Origin: Eremomyces bilateralis CBS 781.70
Taxonomy: Eukaryota
NCBI GenBank assembly: GCA_010015585.1
Contig: ML975152.1
Strand: one strand, 5' to 3'
Length of the DNA: 64,000 nucleotides
The notes under the pieces are model-generated. The model was not told the origin of the DNA. It saw only the letters and a list, made by a program, of their open reading frames with translations, and did not search any database. Position 1 is the stretch's first letter. Every line of letters starts with the position of its first letter. This document shows positions 37,261 through 50,332 of this stretch, in pieces. Position numbers and translations under genes: made by a program.

Positions 37261-37888
37261 AAAAGACTTGAAGGAAGAAATATCTATCACCGCAACAGAA
37301 AATGAAGCTGGTTCTGTAGAGTGAACGTGAAATTTCGGTAGCCTCCAGGCAGCATATATGAAAAAGATCCGTGTACGTGTGCGATAGGCTATTGCATGTG
37401 ATCAAGTCAAGCAAGTGAATTTGGAGCACATGATCATTGATTAAGAAGAGAGAGCTACCAGTGTAAAGACCATGATGACTGTTAAGCTCAAGCCTGAAGC
37501 CAGTAGTTACTGCAACTGTAATAACTGGCAATGAGGAGACGGCGAAGTCAGTTCTGAGACAAAGACTCAAGAAGAAGCGCTCCGCTTCTCTGCGTCATGG
37601 CTCCCTTACTCCTTAGATCCTCTTCTTTCCATTCAATTGAGTCATTGGCATTCAGATACGTCAACAAGTCTACATTGAAATGATGTACCGCCTGCCTACC
37701 AGTTGAAACCTTTCATTAATGATTGTCGTGCCTTGCATATGTGGATTGTCCTAGTCTCCTCTTCAAGAAACCGTAGACCTGTATCATGCAGACCATCAGT
37801 CATGAAACAAACCTTCTGTTTGCTCTCCAATGTGGTGTACCGGAGCCTAGTGCCTCAGAGGCCGTTCCAATTCAACCATGAAGAACAT

Positions 37889-38556
37889 CTAGAACCGTGT
37901 ATATGGCAACCTAGACGGCGTTAATCAAACCGAAGACAAATCTACCGACATCCTCCTGGCTTACCATTTCCCTCGGATCGTAATCACTGCCCAAGTTCCT
38001 TGATCATCCACCTCTTTTTCCACCTTGGTGCTGAAGCTAATCGCACTCATGATTCCGTCTCCGAATTTCTCATTCAGGACCGCCTTATAGGCCAGACCAT
38101 AGTTCTGCACGATCTCATAAAGTCGATAGATCAACGGCTCCTTTGGCGGCATCTCAATACTACGTCCACGGTCCGGAAAGCCGGCCAGTTGCTTCGCAAG
38201 CGGTTCTTTAGGGACGGACAGCAGCGTAGAGAGGGCGTCGATGTCTTCAGCGGACGCCTTCGCCTGACCGTAGAATAGAGCCGCAACAGCAACCTCATCT
38301 CTGCCCACGGCGTTGCCGATTTCTGCGAACGTGAGATTCTTGGCTTGCTTGGCCTCGAACAGAGTCGCGGAGGACTCTGGCAGGCGGGGAGCGAGCGATG
38401 ACTACCAGGACGGTGGAGTTAGCTCGAGTCAGGAGGATCAGACATGTCGCAAATATCCCAACATGGTTTTGTACGTGCTATCGCGCCTAATGGTCGCGGG
38501 GGAGGAGGCCGTAGGAAGCACACGGAAGGTCATACCTCGAGGACGGAGACTGACAT
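37889..38556 (-). CDS. CYN1: Cyanate hydratase (cyanase), 3 exons
   Basis: [15 protein letters not shown]...[15 protein letters not shown]...[12 protein letters not shown]...[13 protein letters not shown]...GKW|LPYTRF*. Confidence 0.95.
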
Positions 38557-39082
38557 GGTTGCTCAGGGGGGGTCGGTCACAGCGATTCAATGATATGGCA
38601 GCAAAGCAAATGTTTCTGGGGTGAGAAGGCCCTTTTTGTACAAACGAAATACAAAGCAGTTACGAAACCTGTGAGCAAGTTTGGAGATGTCGATTCTAAT
38701 ATAAATTCTGACGAAGTGATGATGTGAGGTTGAATGACTGGATACGTGCGAGAGGAGGACGTGGTTCAGCGATCCGTACGAAACGAGGTGGGGATTCCGA
38801 TATCCACAGTTACCAGTCCACCGCGGAATTTCTCCGTACGGTACTGATTACTCCGCTCCACCATACACGACGGTCTAGGGAAATGATACCAAATGAGCTC
38901 CTAAGCTAAAGCTACCTAAATGGGACTGGATGCCCAGAGTGGATGGTGTGCCTTGTTGATGTGCAAAGTGAAGATCCTAGCTCCGTTCACTTCTTCACCC
39001 CACAATCGTTCAGCCTTCAGTACCTGGCAACTGTAAAGTGTCAACAGCCTCTATGTTAGCATCTGCAACCAATCCGTAACCA

Positions 39083-42000
39083 ATGCCCCGTTACAACGAA
39101 GACGACCTTGCTTACGGAGAGTATCACGGTCAGGGTGGTGAAGAGTCCAGTCGCCACTTCATTGGAGACGTCTTCCATCGATTGAGGGGTACGAAGCCAG
39201 ACAGCGAATATTCCCACGAGGCGGCACAAACACAAACACCTCCGGGCTCTGTATGTCCACGTCTTTTGACTCTTGGTGAAACACCAAACTCAGAAGCCAG
39301 TCATATTGTATGCTGATGCTATTATCCTCTAGACAACCCCATATGACCCTCATCTCATCGATCCAAACCCCACCACTGTGGGAAACATACAATCCCACGA
39401 TCCACCCGCCCAGTCTTCATCCACCATGTCATCTCTCTTTGGCAAGGTCCACCAGGCCGTGCATGGAGTCGGGGCACAGATCAAGGACAAAATCAACACC
39501 TTGGGCGATAACCAGACCGTCCACGCGCATACCAGCGTTGATGGACAGTGCTCGGATGGAGCCCATAGCAACAGTAGGCATAGATTCCATTCGTTCGCTC
39601 CTCAGCGCGAAGGCAACGAGTTGAAGTGGTACGTGGATGGCTGCAATTATATGTGGGCTGTAAGTGTAGCCATTGAGCAAGCCAGGGAGAGCATATGGAT
39701 TCTTGATTGTGAGTTCCTGGCCAATTCAGGTGGATCTTCTACTAAGACGACTCTTAGGGTGGCTGTCCCCCGAGCTCTACCTGCGTCGTCCACCAAAGAA
39801 GTTCGAGAACTACCGAATTGATCGTATGCTAAAAGCAGCCGCTGAACGAGGTGTGAAGGTCAACATCATTGTGTACAAAGAGGTTCGCTTCGAGAATGCA
39901 GTTGCTCCGATACGATATGAATGCTAACCCCCTATCAGGTGACCCAAGCACTCACTCGTAAGTTGAAGCAGACGCCCTAGACCTAGACTCCCAGATCTTT
40001 CCGAATTTCGACCCAACGACCAGTAGTTTGCTCGAGTTGGACTTGACTCTACACCGCATGTCATTGAGATTTCCAACGACATGGCCAGCTAACACATCGA
40101 CCTGTTCCAGTCTCTTCGGCGCATACGAAGCACCATCTCGAGGATCTGCACCCCAACATCGGCGTATTCCGTCACCCCGACCACCTTCCGGATACCGCCG
40201 TCCTCAGCTCGTCCTTTATCAGTTCCTTACAGAACCTGAAACTCACAGCTGCTTCTGCCGCAAAACTTCCCGGTGATGCTTTAAAAGCCGTGTATGGGAC
40301 GTCGGAAGGTACGGTGTTATACTGGGCCCACCACGAGAAGTTGTGTCTCATCGATGGCAACCTGGCCTTTATGGGAGGGCTTGACCTCTGCTACGGCCGC
40401 TGGGACACTCATCAGCATCCAATTGCAGACCTCCACCCCGCAAATATTGATGACACTGTTTTTCCAGGGCAAGACTACAACAATGCCCGAATCATGGACT
40501 TCCAAGATGTTCCCCATTGGGAGAACAACAAGTTGGACCGAACGAAGAGTGCACGGATGGGCTGGAGCGATGTCAGCCTATGCGTCAGGGGTCCGGCGGT
40601 TGAAGATCTCAAGGTCCATTTCGCCGAAAGATGGAACTTCATTTGGCAAGAAAAATACAGTGTGAAGAACGAAGGCCGTTATCATAAGATTGATATCCAT
40701 CGCTCTTCATATGGAGTGGTCGGCGAGGGCCAGACGGGTGCCGATTCAGCACAGGGATCGTACCAACCCTCAGGCGCCCAAGGCCTAGATGGCGCACCAT
40801 CAGAGTTCCAAGCACAAAGCCAAGGCCAGTATTTCCCCCCTCCGCCAACCCAAGCGAGTCGGGGAATAGATCATGCCGAAGGCGAACGCGGATTTGGCGG
40901 AGAGGATGGAGAGAGAGGGTTTCGTCATGGACGCCTCGGTGGTGCAGGAGACAAACTGTGGCAACGGGTTGAGGGTGGCCTTCAACAATTCGAGGACAAG
41001 TATCAATTACACCACGAATCTCACCATAGTGAACAGCAGCAAACCGGCCCTCTAGGAGGAGCCATCTGTCAGCTCACTCGCTCCTGTGCAGAATGGTCGC
41101 ACGGCACGCCTCTTGAACATTCCATCGCCAACGCTTACATCGAGACCATTACTGCTGCGAAACACTTTATCTACATCGAGAACCAGTTCTTTATCACAGC
41201 CACGACCCCGGAGCAGAAGCCTGTGGCAAATCTCATTGGCTCGGCCATCGTTGCGCGGATCAAACGAGCGGCACGAGAGAACCAGCCGTTCAAGATATTC
41301 GTGATGATGCCGGCCGTCCCGGCGTTTGCAGGGGACTTGCGAAGCGACGATGCCCTCAGCACCCGAGCCATTATGGAGTTCCAGTATCAGAGCATTTGCC
41401 GGGATCAGAAACGCCAGCTGAGCATCTACGAGCAACTCGCGCGCGAAGATATCGACCCGGTCCAGTACATCCGATTCTACAATCTGCGCAATTTCGACCG
41501 GCTTAACACGAGTGCGGCGTTGAGGACGGTCGAACAGAGCGCTGGTGTGAGTTATGAAGACGCACGTAAGCAGTATGACGAACAGGTTGGGGGCGGTTTC
41601 GGTCAAGGGCAACCGGAAGGACAGGAGACCTCGAGGGGATATGACCCTTCCGGATACCAACCGTACCATCCTGCTCCCGCTGAAGCAGACTCGAATCCCG
41701 GTTACCCACCGCCACCGCCTCGTCCTCAGGATCAGTACAACCCGCCTTCCCATACCGGATACGGTGCTCCACAGGACTACTCCGGCGCCGCACCATACTC
41801 GACCTACCAGTCTGCAACCTCGCAAGCCTCTTCGGACCCGACGCCCGATACCGTGTCCAATGCTTACATGCAAGGCGGACAGGACATCCGCAGCGCCCCA
41901 TGGTCCGGCGACGCGCAGTCAGAGCTGTCATCCATCGTCTCGGAAGAGCTCTACATTCACTCCAAACTGTTGATCGCGGACGACTCGGTGGTGATCTGCG

Positions 42001-42674
42001 GCTCGGCCAACCTGAACGACCGTTCCCAGCTTGGCAACCACGATAGCGAAATCGCCATCATCATCCGTGACCGCACGCCCGTGCCCGGCCCGCCGCCGAC
42101 GATCGCCGGACGTCCCAACGAGCAGGCGAACGCGTTCGCGACGAGTCTGCGGCGGTTCATCTTCCGGAAACATCTGGGGTTGGTCCCCCCGCAGCAGATG
42201 GACCGACCGGATCGCAACGCCATGCCGCTCGACGGCGGGATGGGAGGGATGACTAACGACTACGACTGGGGCAGCGAGGAAGATCGCGCAGTCCACGATC
42301 CACTGAGTGAGCCGTTCCTCGCCCTTTGGGACGGCACGGCGAGACGCAACACAGAGTCGTTTCGGAAAGTGTTCCACCCTGTCCCTGATGACACGGTGCG
42401 GACGTGGACGGCGTACGAGGAGTATTACACGAAATTCTTCGCGCCCCCGAAGCAGGAGGGCGCGGCCAAGGAAGGACAACCGGTTCCCAAGGCGAAGTAT
42501 GACGTCGGGCATGTGGTCGAGGAGAATTTCCCGGGCGGGGTGCACGAAGTCAAGGAGATCTTGAGTCAGGTGAAAGGAACGCTAGTGGAGATGCCATTGC
42601 TGTTCCTAAAGGATGAGGATATCGCGAAGGAAGGCTTGGGGTTGAATGCTTTCACTGAAGAAGTCTACACGTGA
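39083..42674 (+). CDS. Phospholipase D (fungal PLD lacking PX/PH domains), multi-exon
   Basis: Two HKD motifs (WAHHEKLCLIDG and YIHSKLLIADD..GSANLNDRS), plus KWYVDG, WILD|WWLSPELYLRRPP and YIENQFF. Confidence 0.93.
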
Positions 42675-43244
42675 GGGCATTCGAACATCTCGGCGGTGAC
42701 GTAACAGCCTATGAGTGATGAGTTCGACAAATGAGACACGAGGCTTTATGACCATGTTGATCATCGTTATGTTCACGACTCACGAGAAGCACGGCGGGCC
42801 TAGTTGATGTCATCTCAATATCATCATCGTCTGGCCCGCGTTGCTCCAGTGGCCTCTCTATCCAACACTACGGTCGCGACAGCTACCTACAATTTAAACG
42901 GCCCCTTGCAGCCACGCGAAATCCCAAAGCAGATGGAAGGTCAGGTGGCGTACGATCTGTGTCGCCAGAAGAAGACAAGGGTTAGTGAACTGCTCCAATG
43001 TAAACTGTTCTTCGTAATACTAATTAGTAAGTGCCTGCTGTGAACTGGATTTATTCTAACGCATAACTTATTCATCATAACCATCTCTTCAGTACAGGTA
43101 TTCAGATGGTATATCTACAGGTATCTATGACCCCCAACCTGGCACTGCCCGCTTGGATAAGCCTCTATCTACTCCAGATATGCCATATGTATACATCTCT
43201 ATTCAGCGCCATTTAGACTGATACTCAGAGCCTTTTCCACCCAT

Positions 43245-43943
43245 TTACAGACTCGGCTTCGGCGGCATCACCCGTGCTTCGCCATGCTCGCATGTGTAGC
43301 ATACAAGCCCGTTATCCTTCCGCCTCATAACCCCACGGACCATTCCCATCGACTTCCCAAGATGGACGATCTCGCTCTCGACAAGCAGGACAGACCCTTC
43401 CGATGCTGGTCGTATGTACGTGTAGTTCAACGTCCGCGAGACATGACCCGTGTCCCAGAAGTTCTCCTTCGCGACCGGCGCAACCGTGGCCGATGTACTT
43501 GACTTGATCAGCCTGCGGTTGCTTATGTCCGCCTCTATGCCATATACCGAGATACTCACCACATGTCGAACACGAGTGCAACCGCGCCTCCGTGCAGGTT
43601 TCCAGTCGCATTACATAATGACTTATCGCAGGTCAATTCGAACACGCTTTTCGCGAGGGTCGGATCTTTGGGGTCGAGATCGACGGAGATCACATTGAGG
43701 TGTCCGCGCAGGTGGCTATCAAAGAACTGGCTCAAACCATATCAATAAGTGATTGGAAATCCGCAAAGGTCTCATCTTTGCTCACTTTATAATTCTCGTC
43801 GTTGATATCGATCAAGAAGAGGCTAGCACGGGCGCTTGGCTCTGGTCTAAGATCTACCTAGAGACCCATGGGATGGTGATATAGGAAAACGCTGGCTCGT
43901 CAGGAGCGCAAACGACTCAAGAACTGGTTCGGAGTGGGTACAT
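43245..43943 (-). CDS. PaaI/hotdog-fold thioesterase family protein, multi-exon (start uncertain)
   Basis: Exon FELTCDKSLCNATGNLHGGAVALVFDMC, then TSATVAP..GHVSRTLNYTYIRPA..SEIVHLGKS..TCEHG. Confidence 0.8.
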
Positions 43944-44330
43944 GTCACACATCAGCAGAATATCGTTAAGGCACTGAAAGAAATGCGCTGTGGATATCGA
44001 GCAGCAAAAACTGAATACATATATGTCATGAGCATTTGCTGCAATGTTCTGTGACATCGGATCTCGTAGGGCGCAAGATTGGCTGTTTCAGGAACAGCCA
44101 AGGCTTGAGCTAGGTGCGCTAGGCTCTGTGTTAAGAGCATGGGATTGCTAAGTTACTACTCGTTGTTATTATCATGGAATAGGCAGGTATTTGAACTACC
44201 AATCATGCCACACATCTATCTCGTATCTGTTCCGTTAATAAACTTTGATGGTTTGCTCAGTACTCGTACATTCTTCTGTAACTTGAACACTGGCTGAACC
44301 TTAATCGTGGTCATACGTAGCTTGGCCGAT

Positions 44331-44790
44331 TTAGAAACATATATCTTGGAATATCATTCTGATGTTGGCGCCCTCAGCGATCCAAGGCTCCACGATCTGC
44401 TCAGACCCCTCGGCCAGTCGTCATTCCATTCAAACGCAGCGAATATAACAGCATACTCCCAGTAAGAAGGATACCAGCCTGAACTTTCCTAGTCAATGAT
44501 AGAAACCTCAAAGTCGTCAGCTGTGATGCGTTCCACGAGAATATTCTCCACTGAATATCAGTGTGTGTGAAAAATGGCAGGTGGCCCTTTAACACCTGTC
44601 CTAATTGGCGTTCATAGAAATCTGCTTTGTAGCTGTGCCTGTCGCTCATATCCCATATCCTCCGCAGCTTCCTTGCAAATCCCATATTCAATTCTTGCTC
44701 TGAGTCAAATGGGCACTCTAAGCATTCATGCATATATCTGTACCAGTTATTGTTAAAAAAGTGAAATTTTGAAATCACATTAGACAATGT
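44331..44790 (-). pseudogene. Decayed aminoglycoside-phosphotransferase-like (APH/kinase-like) gene, C-terminal lobe only
   Basis: PFDSEQELN...FTHTDIQW/(frameshift)/NILV...SIID*ESSGWYPSYWEY. The conserved DWE Trp is TAG (44489-44491), with a second frameshift near 44405. Confidence 0.75.
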
Positions 44791-44841
44791 ATCATTGTCG
44801 TAGTGCTTCTAGACATAAGTAGCGATGGCAGTCTCCGGGCA

Positions 44842-47800
44842 TTACATCACAGTACATACGGCTCCAGTTCCTTCATCGTCATCTAGCGGATCCTTGCTCA
44901 CCAGAGTAGGAGACGTGCACAGGTCTTCCCAGTAAATATGCTGCATAAATCCGGACCTTGGGGTCTGAAAAAGTTCAGCCATTACTTTCAAGCACTCTTC
45001 GTCCTCCGTTGCAAGCATCTGGGCAAATAAAAATTAGTCTTTCTTGTCTTTCGCGTTTGGGAAGTAGAGAATAGTGTAGTCATAATTGACCTCCCTATGC
45101 GCGGCGTTTGTGCATGACGTCCTATGCAATGCCTTCTCCAAAGCCCACACAAACATATCTTAAACTCAATCGCCGGGAAATGACGTACCAGACCTGTTAG
45201 CGATGCTCTCCTTTCCTTTCTCATTTTTGGATCTGCCTCATAAGCCTGGATCCACAGCGGATGACGCATCTTCTCCAGTCTAGTGAATTGAATGGTTAGC
45301 ACGGTCTGTTCTGAAATGCTTCTGCAACATTGAAAACTCAAGGAAAAGAGACGACTTTGGAGAAGAATATTTATAGGAAACGCAACCATCCTTACTTGTC
45401 TTCGATACGATGGAATAACACCATGAACATAGCAGTGGTCCAGATGTAATTTAGACCTATTGGGTCAAGGAGTTAGCGCCTTGCAATCACGGATGACTTT
45501 GGCGGTCGAAAGGTCCCAAAGCCCATAGATTGTTGAGTGTGGAGATATCTGGGGTAGAAAATCGCTTACTGGAAACCGGTTGCTGGCCAGAAACATCGTT
45601 AATAATGTCAAGTTTGAGCAAGTCCAATAGTGCTGCGTCGCTCAAACCAATCTTGCTTCTATTACCGCCGGCGGTGGGCTTGGAGATGCCGGAAGTTGAG
45701 TAATCCTTGGGTCGTGAGCTCAAGAATGCTTCAGTAAGTTCTTGGTCGACATGGCCCTTATGGATCAACGCTGACATTTCAATCATCGCGTCATCATGTA
45801 GCCCCTCTGCTCTTGCGCGTCTGACAAGTGTCGTATTCTTCAATACCTTCTTACCTGTAGCCGGATCGACTGGATGTTTCATTTGGCCAATTCGCAGTAT
45901 AGAGAGGATGGAAAGCACGGGAATATTCTCGTCGGGTATTCTTTCGGGAATCCAATCTGCTTCACGATAGAGCCTAAGAATGGACTTTTTCTTGAAGAAG
46001 CGGTTTGCATTCGTATCCAAGATTCCATGGATATCAAAGGCTGTACGAGCGGCAGCCCTTGAAGTTTGTCTTCGGACAGTGGCACGGCGAGAGCCCGACT
46101 TGTCGAGTGCTGCAGTGAAGGCTGTGGCAAAATCAGAGGTCGGTATTTGACCATCAGCAAAGAATGCCTCGGGGAAGAGCGACTGCAAGCTGGCGTAAAG
46201 CCCAACTGGCTCACTGATATAACCCTTCTGGACCAGCATGTTGTGCAGATGTATGACGCACATGGGCTCCGGTATTCTGTCCATGATCAAGAGGCCCACT
46301 GCATATGCAAGCTCTAATGCCTCCATTAGGCCAACCCCGCAAAGAAACGGAGAATACTCCCAGAGGCCGTTGGCAGTAGTATTTGAGAAGCGTGATGGAG
46401 GAATCGTTGTCAGGCCGTACATGTACTTTGACTCTCCAAGCCAATTGATGAAATCATAACGAAGCTCGGTTAGCAGTTCTGAATGATCTCGATGGCGATT
46501 CGGGTTTCCGTGCATTTTGGCATCTTTTTCGAAAAATTGATTCAAAACATCAACGCCGTTGCAAAACCCACGACCCATGGCCACATTTTCGCGATCCATG
46601 AAGAGGTCAACGTCTCTCCTCGGACGGAATGCTCGGGCGGGTGGGTATAGAAGATGTCCTTTGAGACAATTAAATGACCAGCCCCGGGAGACTGTCAGAG
46701 AATCGACGATGCATCTTTTTGATCAGAATTTAGTAATGATTCTTTTGAAATAGCCTTGGGAATAACGAAACAATATCTGAAAAAGGGATCTAGGCTATTA
46801 TCTTGGCGGCATGTCCAGCTAGAAATTGGTTCGAGCTTTCAAGGCATCATGCGGAGGTGTTATGGCAGCTCAAAATTTACTTACTGGAGTTGAAAGACTG
46901 TATGTGGAAGGATTTTTTTGCCACCGCCGGTACGAGGCTTTTGCATTGCAAGAGCAGTAATTTCGCCAGCAAACTATTTGTCACGAGCAGTTAGTATTTC
47001 ACCTATTCCGGAATGTAATGAGTTATAGAGCAATGAGAGATGTGGCAGAGAATCTGAAGCTTTCCTGAAGGGGGCAATATATTGTCGAGATTACGCACCT
47101 CATTCAAGCCGAACAATCTTCGGTGTTCATTCCACGGGCCACTGGTAGACCAATCGACGTTCTCGAGGGCAATTCGTTGATGTTTCATTGTAATTCGTTG
47201 AACGACGATTGATGAAAAGACATTCACCAAGTCATAGAGCCAATTGATTGTGTATGCCCGGCGCCACTTGATCCGCTGTTCCTTGGTGGCACGTTGAAGA
47301 TCAAGGGCTGGATCCCAGTTTCTGATCTCAGAGAGCAGGCGTTTTGTTGGCTTGCCGCTGCGAGTTGCTTGAAAATCGGTTACAAAGTCAAGGAGAGCCT
47401 GATAGGTGTGTACCAAGAATTGCTCTTTGACGTCGAGATCCATTTCCTGAACCTTTGTGAACGACTTTCCGTCAGGCTCCACTCGATGCAAAGCCGCGTG
47501 GAACATTCCTTGGGCATTTTCTACATTCCCACGTGTGATGGTATTCATAACCGTCTCGTAGGAGTCGTGTCCAGGAAAATCCACAAAGATTGATAATTCC
47601 GACTGCTCGATCATTCCAATAGCAATATTGGACATCTCGCCTGCAACAGCACTGTTGAGGCCGCCGTATGAGACCTGACGCCAAAGAGATTGAATAGAGT
47701 TCCGGAGATCGATCCACTGCCTGACAAGGGAATAGACGGCCATCAGATAGTCAGTAAGAAGTCCACTCTCGTCTTCGATGATACGGTAACTTTCCAGAGG

Positions 47801-48701
47801 GACTTCTTCAAGACTAGGCTCCTTAACAGCCGGCTGGGGGTTCTTTTTGGACTTTTGTCTTCGTTTGCCATGCTTTCTGCTTCCTTTAGACTTCTTCTGC
47901 TGTTGCCTGGTCGGGATATTTGTAGATGGTCCATCGAGTCGCTCGGTATCATCCGCTTCCTTCTCCTCCTCCTCCTCCTCCTCCTCCTCCTTCTTGCCAC
48001 CAAGCCCGAGAATGGAGAACTGGTTTGCAAATATAGCCTGGTCTAAATCTTCTTCATCGGGAGGCTCTGTCGCAGCCTTCTGCCTTGCAATCCAAGCATC
48101 GCCTCCAAGAACGTGAAAAGCCTCGGTCAGGACATCAATAAAAAGTTTGTGGGATGTATTACTCCTTTCAATTTCCGGATCGGGCTTCCTCGACACGATT
48201 TGCACGAATGCTTCATGGGTTGCCTTCCTCGCCGCTATTATAGACTGCCAAAATTGGAACCATTAGTACTTAGGCTCCGTTGGAGGTAATGAGACAATGT
48301 AGCTATTGTAGATGACTTTGTCTAGGAAAGACGTCTCAAACAGCCCAACCTCTGACGAGGAGAAAACCTACCTGGAAGAGACGGTAAATCTCTAGCGGAA
48401 CTAGATTGACATGCTGCGCAATAAGCTTTGAGACAGGGACGAAGGAGGAGATTGCAATTTGGCCGGTATTATTGATTGCTTAATAACGAATCTATCAGCA
48501 CTTGTGTTGGATTTTTGAAATCAATGGAAATAATGAGTTGGTTCTGCATTCCAAGAATGAGGATTTGCGGAGCTGGGAGCATTCACATTCTGAGATCTGT
48601 AGATTCGACGACTCTAGAATCTTGTTTGAGGTGTGTATCATCCAGCGGACTAAATGATTTTGATCTCGCTTGTACTGGTAGTATGAGTAGCGGTCCACCA
48701 T
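44842..48701 (-). CDS. DUF6604-like fungal protein with ~7 long introns and C-terminal CaaX (CTVM*)
   Basis: YYQYKRDQNHLVRWM N-terminus, ERSNTSHKLFIDVLTEAFHVLGG, WRRAYTINWLYDLVNVFSS, LWEYSPFLCGVGL. Exons join in frame through GT-AG introns to ...GFMQHIYWEDL...GAVCTVM*. Confidence 0.75.
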
Positions 48702-49859
48702 GGTGACTGTGGGGTGTCCCTTATGAGCGACACTTGATGGCTTGATGACTTAAGGAATGTCGTTTGTGGACCATCGTTGTTCGAGGTCGTGATCGCAAAC
48801 TGTAGAGTATTTTGTGGTGGGAGCCACTGCGAGCACCGCCCTGTTTTGCTGCAAGCATCCCCCAAAATGCCCCCATACAACCCCATATCACGTGATACAA
48901 AAATCTTGCATTTTGATTGGCCCATTCAAGGAAATTTACCGCGCCCCACGCGCCCATCATTACCCGTACAAGAGAAGACGCGAACTGTCAGAGATCAGGC
49001 TTTCAGGAGATCTCTATTTTTCGGGACCCGCCGGTCTCCAGACCGCGCCCCCATTTCTTAGTCGTATTTAGGTGGTCTAGCCCCTATGGTTCCCCCGTGG
49101 TTCCCACGTGGAGGAGCATCCCACACCCCAGCCAATGCTTCTTTCTTTGCTTCTTCGCTCGTTTTGAGGAAACCAAGGTCCCCACGACCATCAATTGTAT
49201 ACAGAACATATAAGATGAGCGTATTCCTGTAGTTTGTACGCTCATTAAGGATCAAGATCAATCAACACTTTCAATTCTTGGTAATCAAGTGCTCTCCTGC
49301 TGAAGTCGCATCTCCAGATCACCTGATCAAAGGAACAGCTATACTCTGTCACGAACCGGCAAGCGGTTCGCCCAAAGAGAGCCTTGAGGAACGAAGCTCG
49401 AGTTGGCGATTTTGAATTCCAAAACGGCACTTGAATTATTCACAGAAGCATCACGAAAGGTTTACAGTTCATTGGTTGGTCCGTATTCCTAATTCATTTG
49501 TTTTTGGAATAATGGCGACCTGCCCAACTGAGGGAGAGCGTTGACTTTGATATATATATCACAGTTCTGAATCGATAGATCTAATACCCATGAGTCTGTC
49601 ATTCGAAATCTAATGAAAAGAGAATACTATTTCATGCCTTTTAGTGTTTGTAACCAAATACTCTTAATCTATGTCGTGACGCTTCTGCGCTAGGTGCCGT
49701 CACGTCCACATACACATTGTCGGATGGTAGCTTACGTGATGATTTTTGTTTATACTGGCACGTCAAAATTTTTAGGAGGATGATGGTTACGACGCGGGCG
49801 AAGTCCGCTATTAGAGCTCCTAGGTAGATCAGATATATTCGAGGAGTCGCGCGGGTGCG

Positions 49860-50200
49860 CAGTGGTAGAGAGAGAGAAGGGGGAGTGGATTTTGAGCCTG
49901 TGGTGCGGTCTGTATGCGGTTGATCGAGTCTACGTGGCGTCGAGTCCGGTGGAGTTGGTATTTCAATGGCCGGGTCCGAGAGACACGGTTTTTTCGAAGG
50001 AGTCAATAGAGCAGACCGGCCCTCCCAGCGATCGAGTCGTTTCGATGGTGGAGTGGTGGCCGGGGTCGAGGTGGGTTCTGTGGACGCAGGCTTCGGCAAG
50101 TAGGCCAGAACCAGGACTCGGAGGGCCAGAAGGTTGGTGTCAGATGTATGACCGGCCACTTTTCCAGTGAGGCTGAGGAATGATCCTGCCCGAAGCAATC
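49860..50200 (-). pseudogene. 5'-truncated gene fragment (beta-strand-rich segment plus Pro/Thr/Ser-rich tail)
   Basis: AGSFLSLTGKVAGHTSDTNLLALRVLVLAYLP-KPASTEPTSTPATTPPSKR..W..TPSKKP. No ATG start, and it abuts AT-rich simple repeats. Confidence 0.4.
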
Positions 50201-50289
50201 GTAAAGTATATAAACATCTGTCGCACGTGATGTGCTAAAATGGTTGGGAGTTAGGTGCTGTTGTTATAGTAGCGAAGTTGTTGTATTGT

Positions 50290-50332
50290 GTAAGTTGTGT
50301 GTAAGTTGTGTGTAAGTTCTATAAGTTGTGTG
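50290..50332. repeat. 11-bp tandem repeat (gtaagttgtgt)n, degenerate
   Basis: gtaagttgtgt gtaagttgtgt gtaagttct ataagttgtgt. Confidence 0.8.

Noticed and set aside
47961..47992. (CTC)n microsatellite
   Set aside because: Encodes a poly-Glu tract in the DUF6604-like CDS; ordinary low complexity
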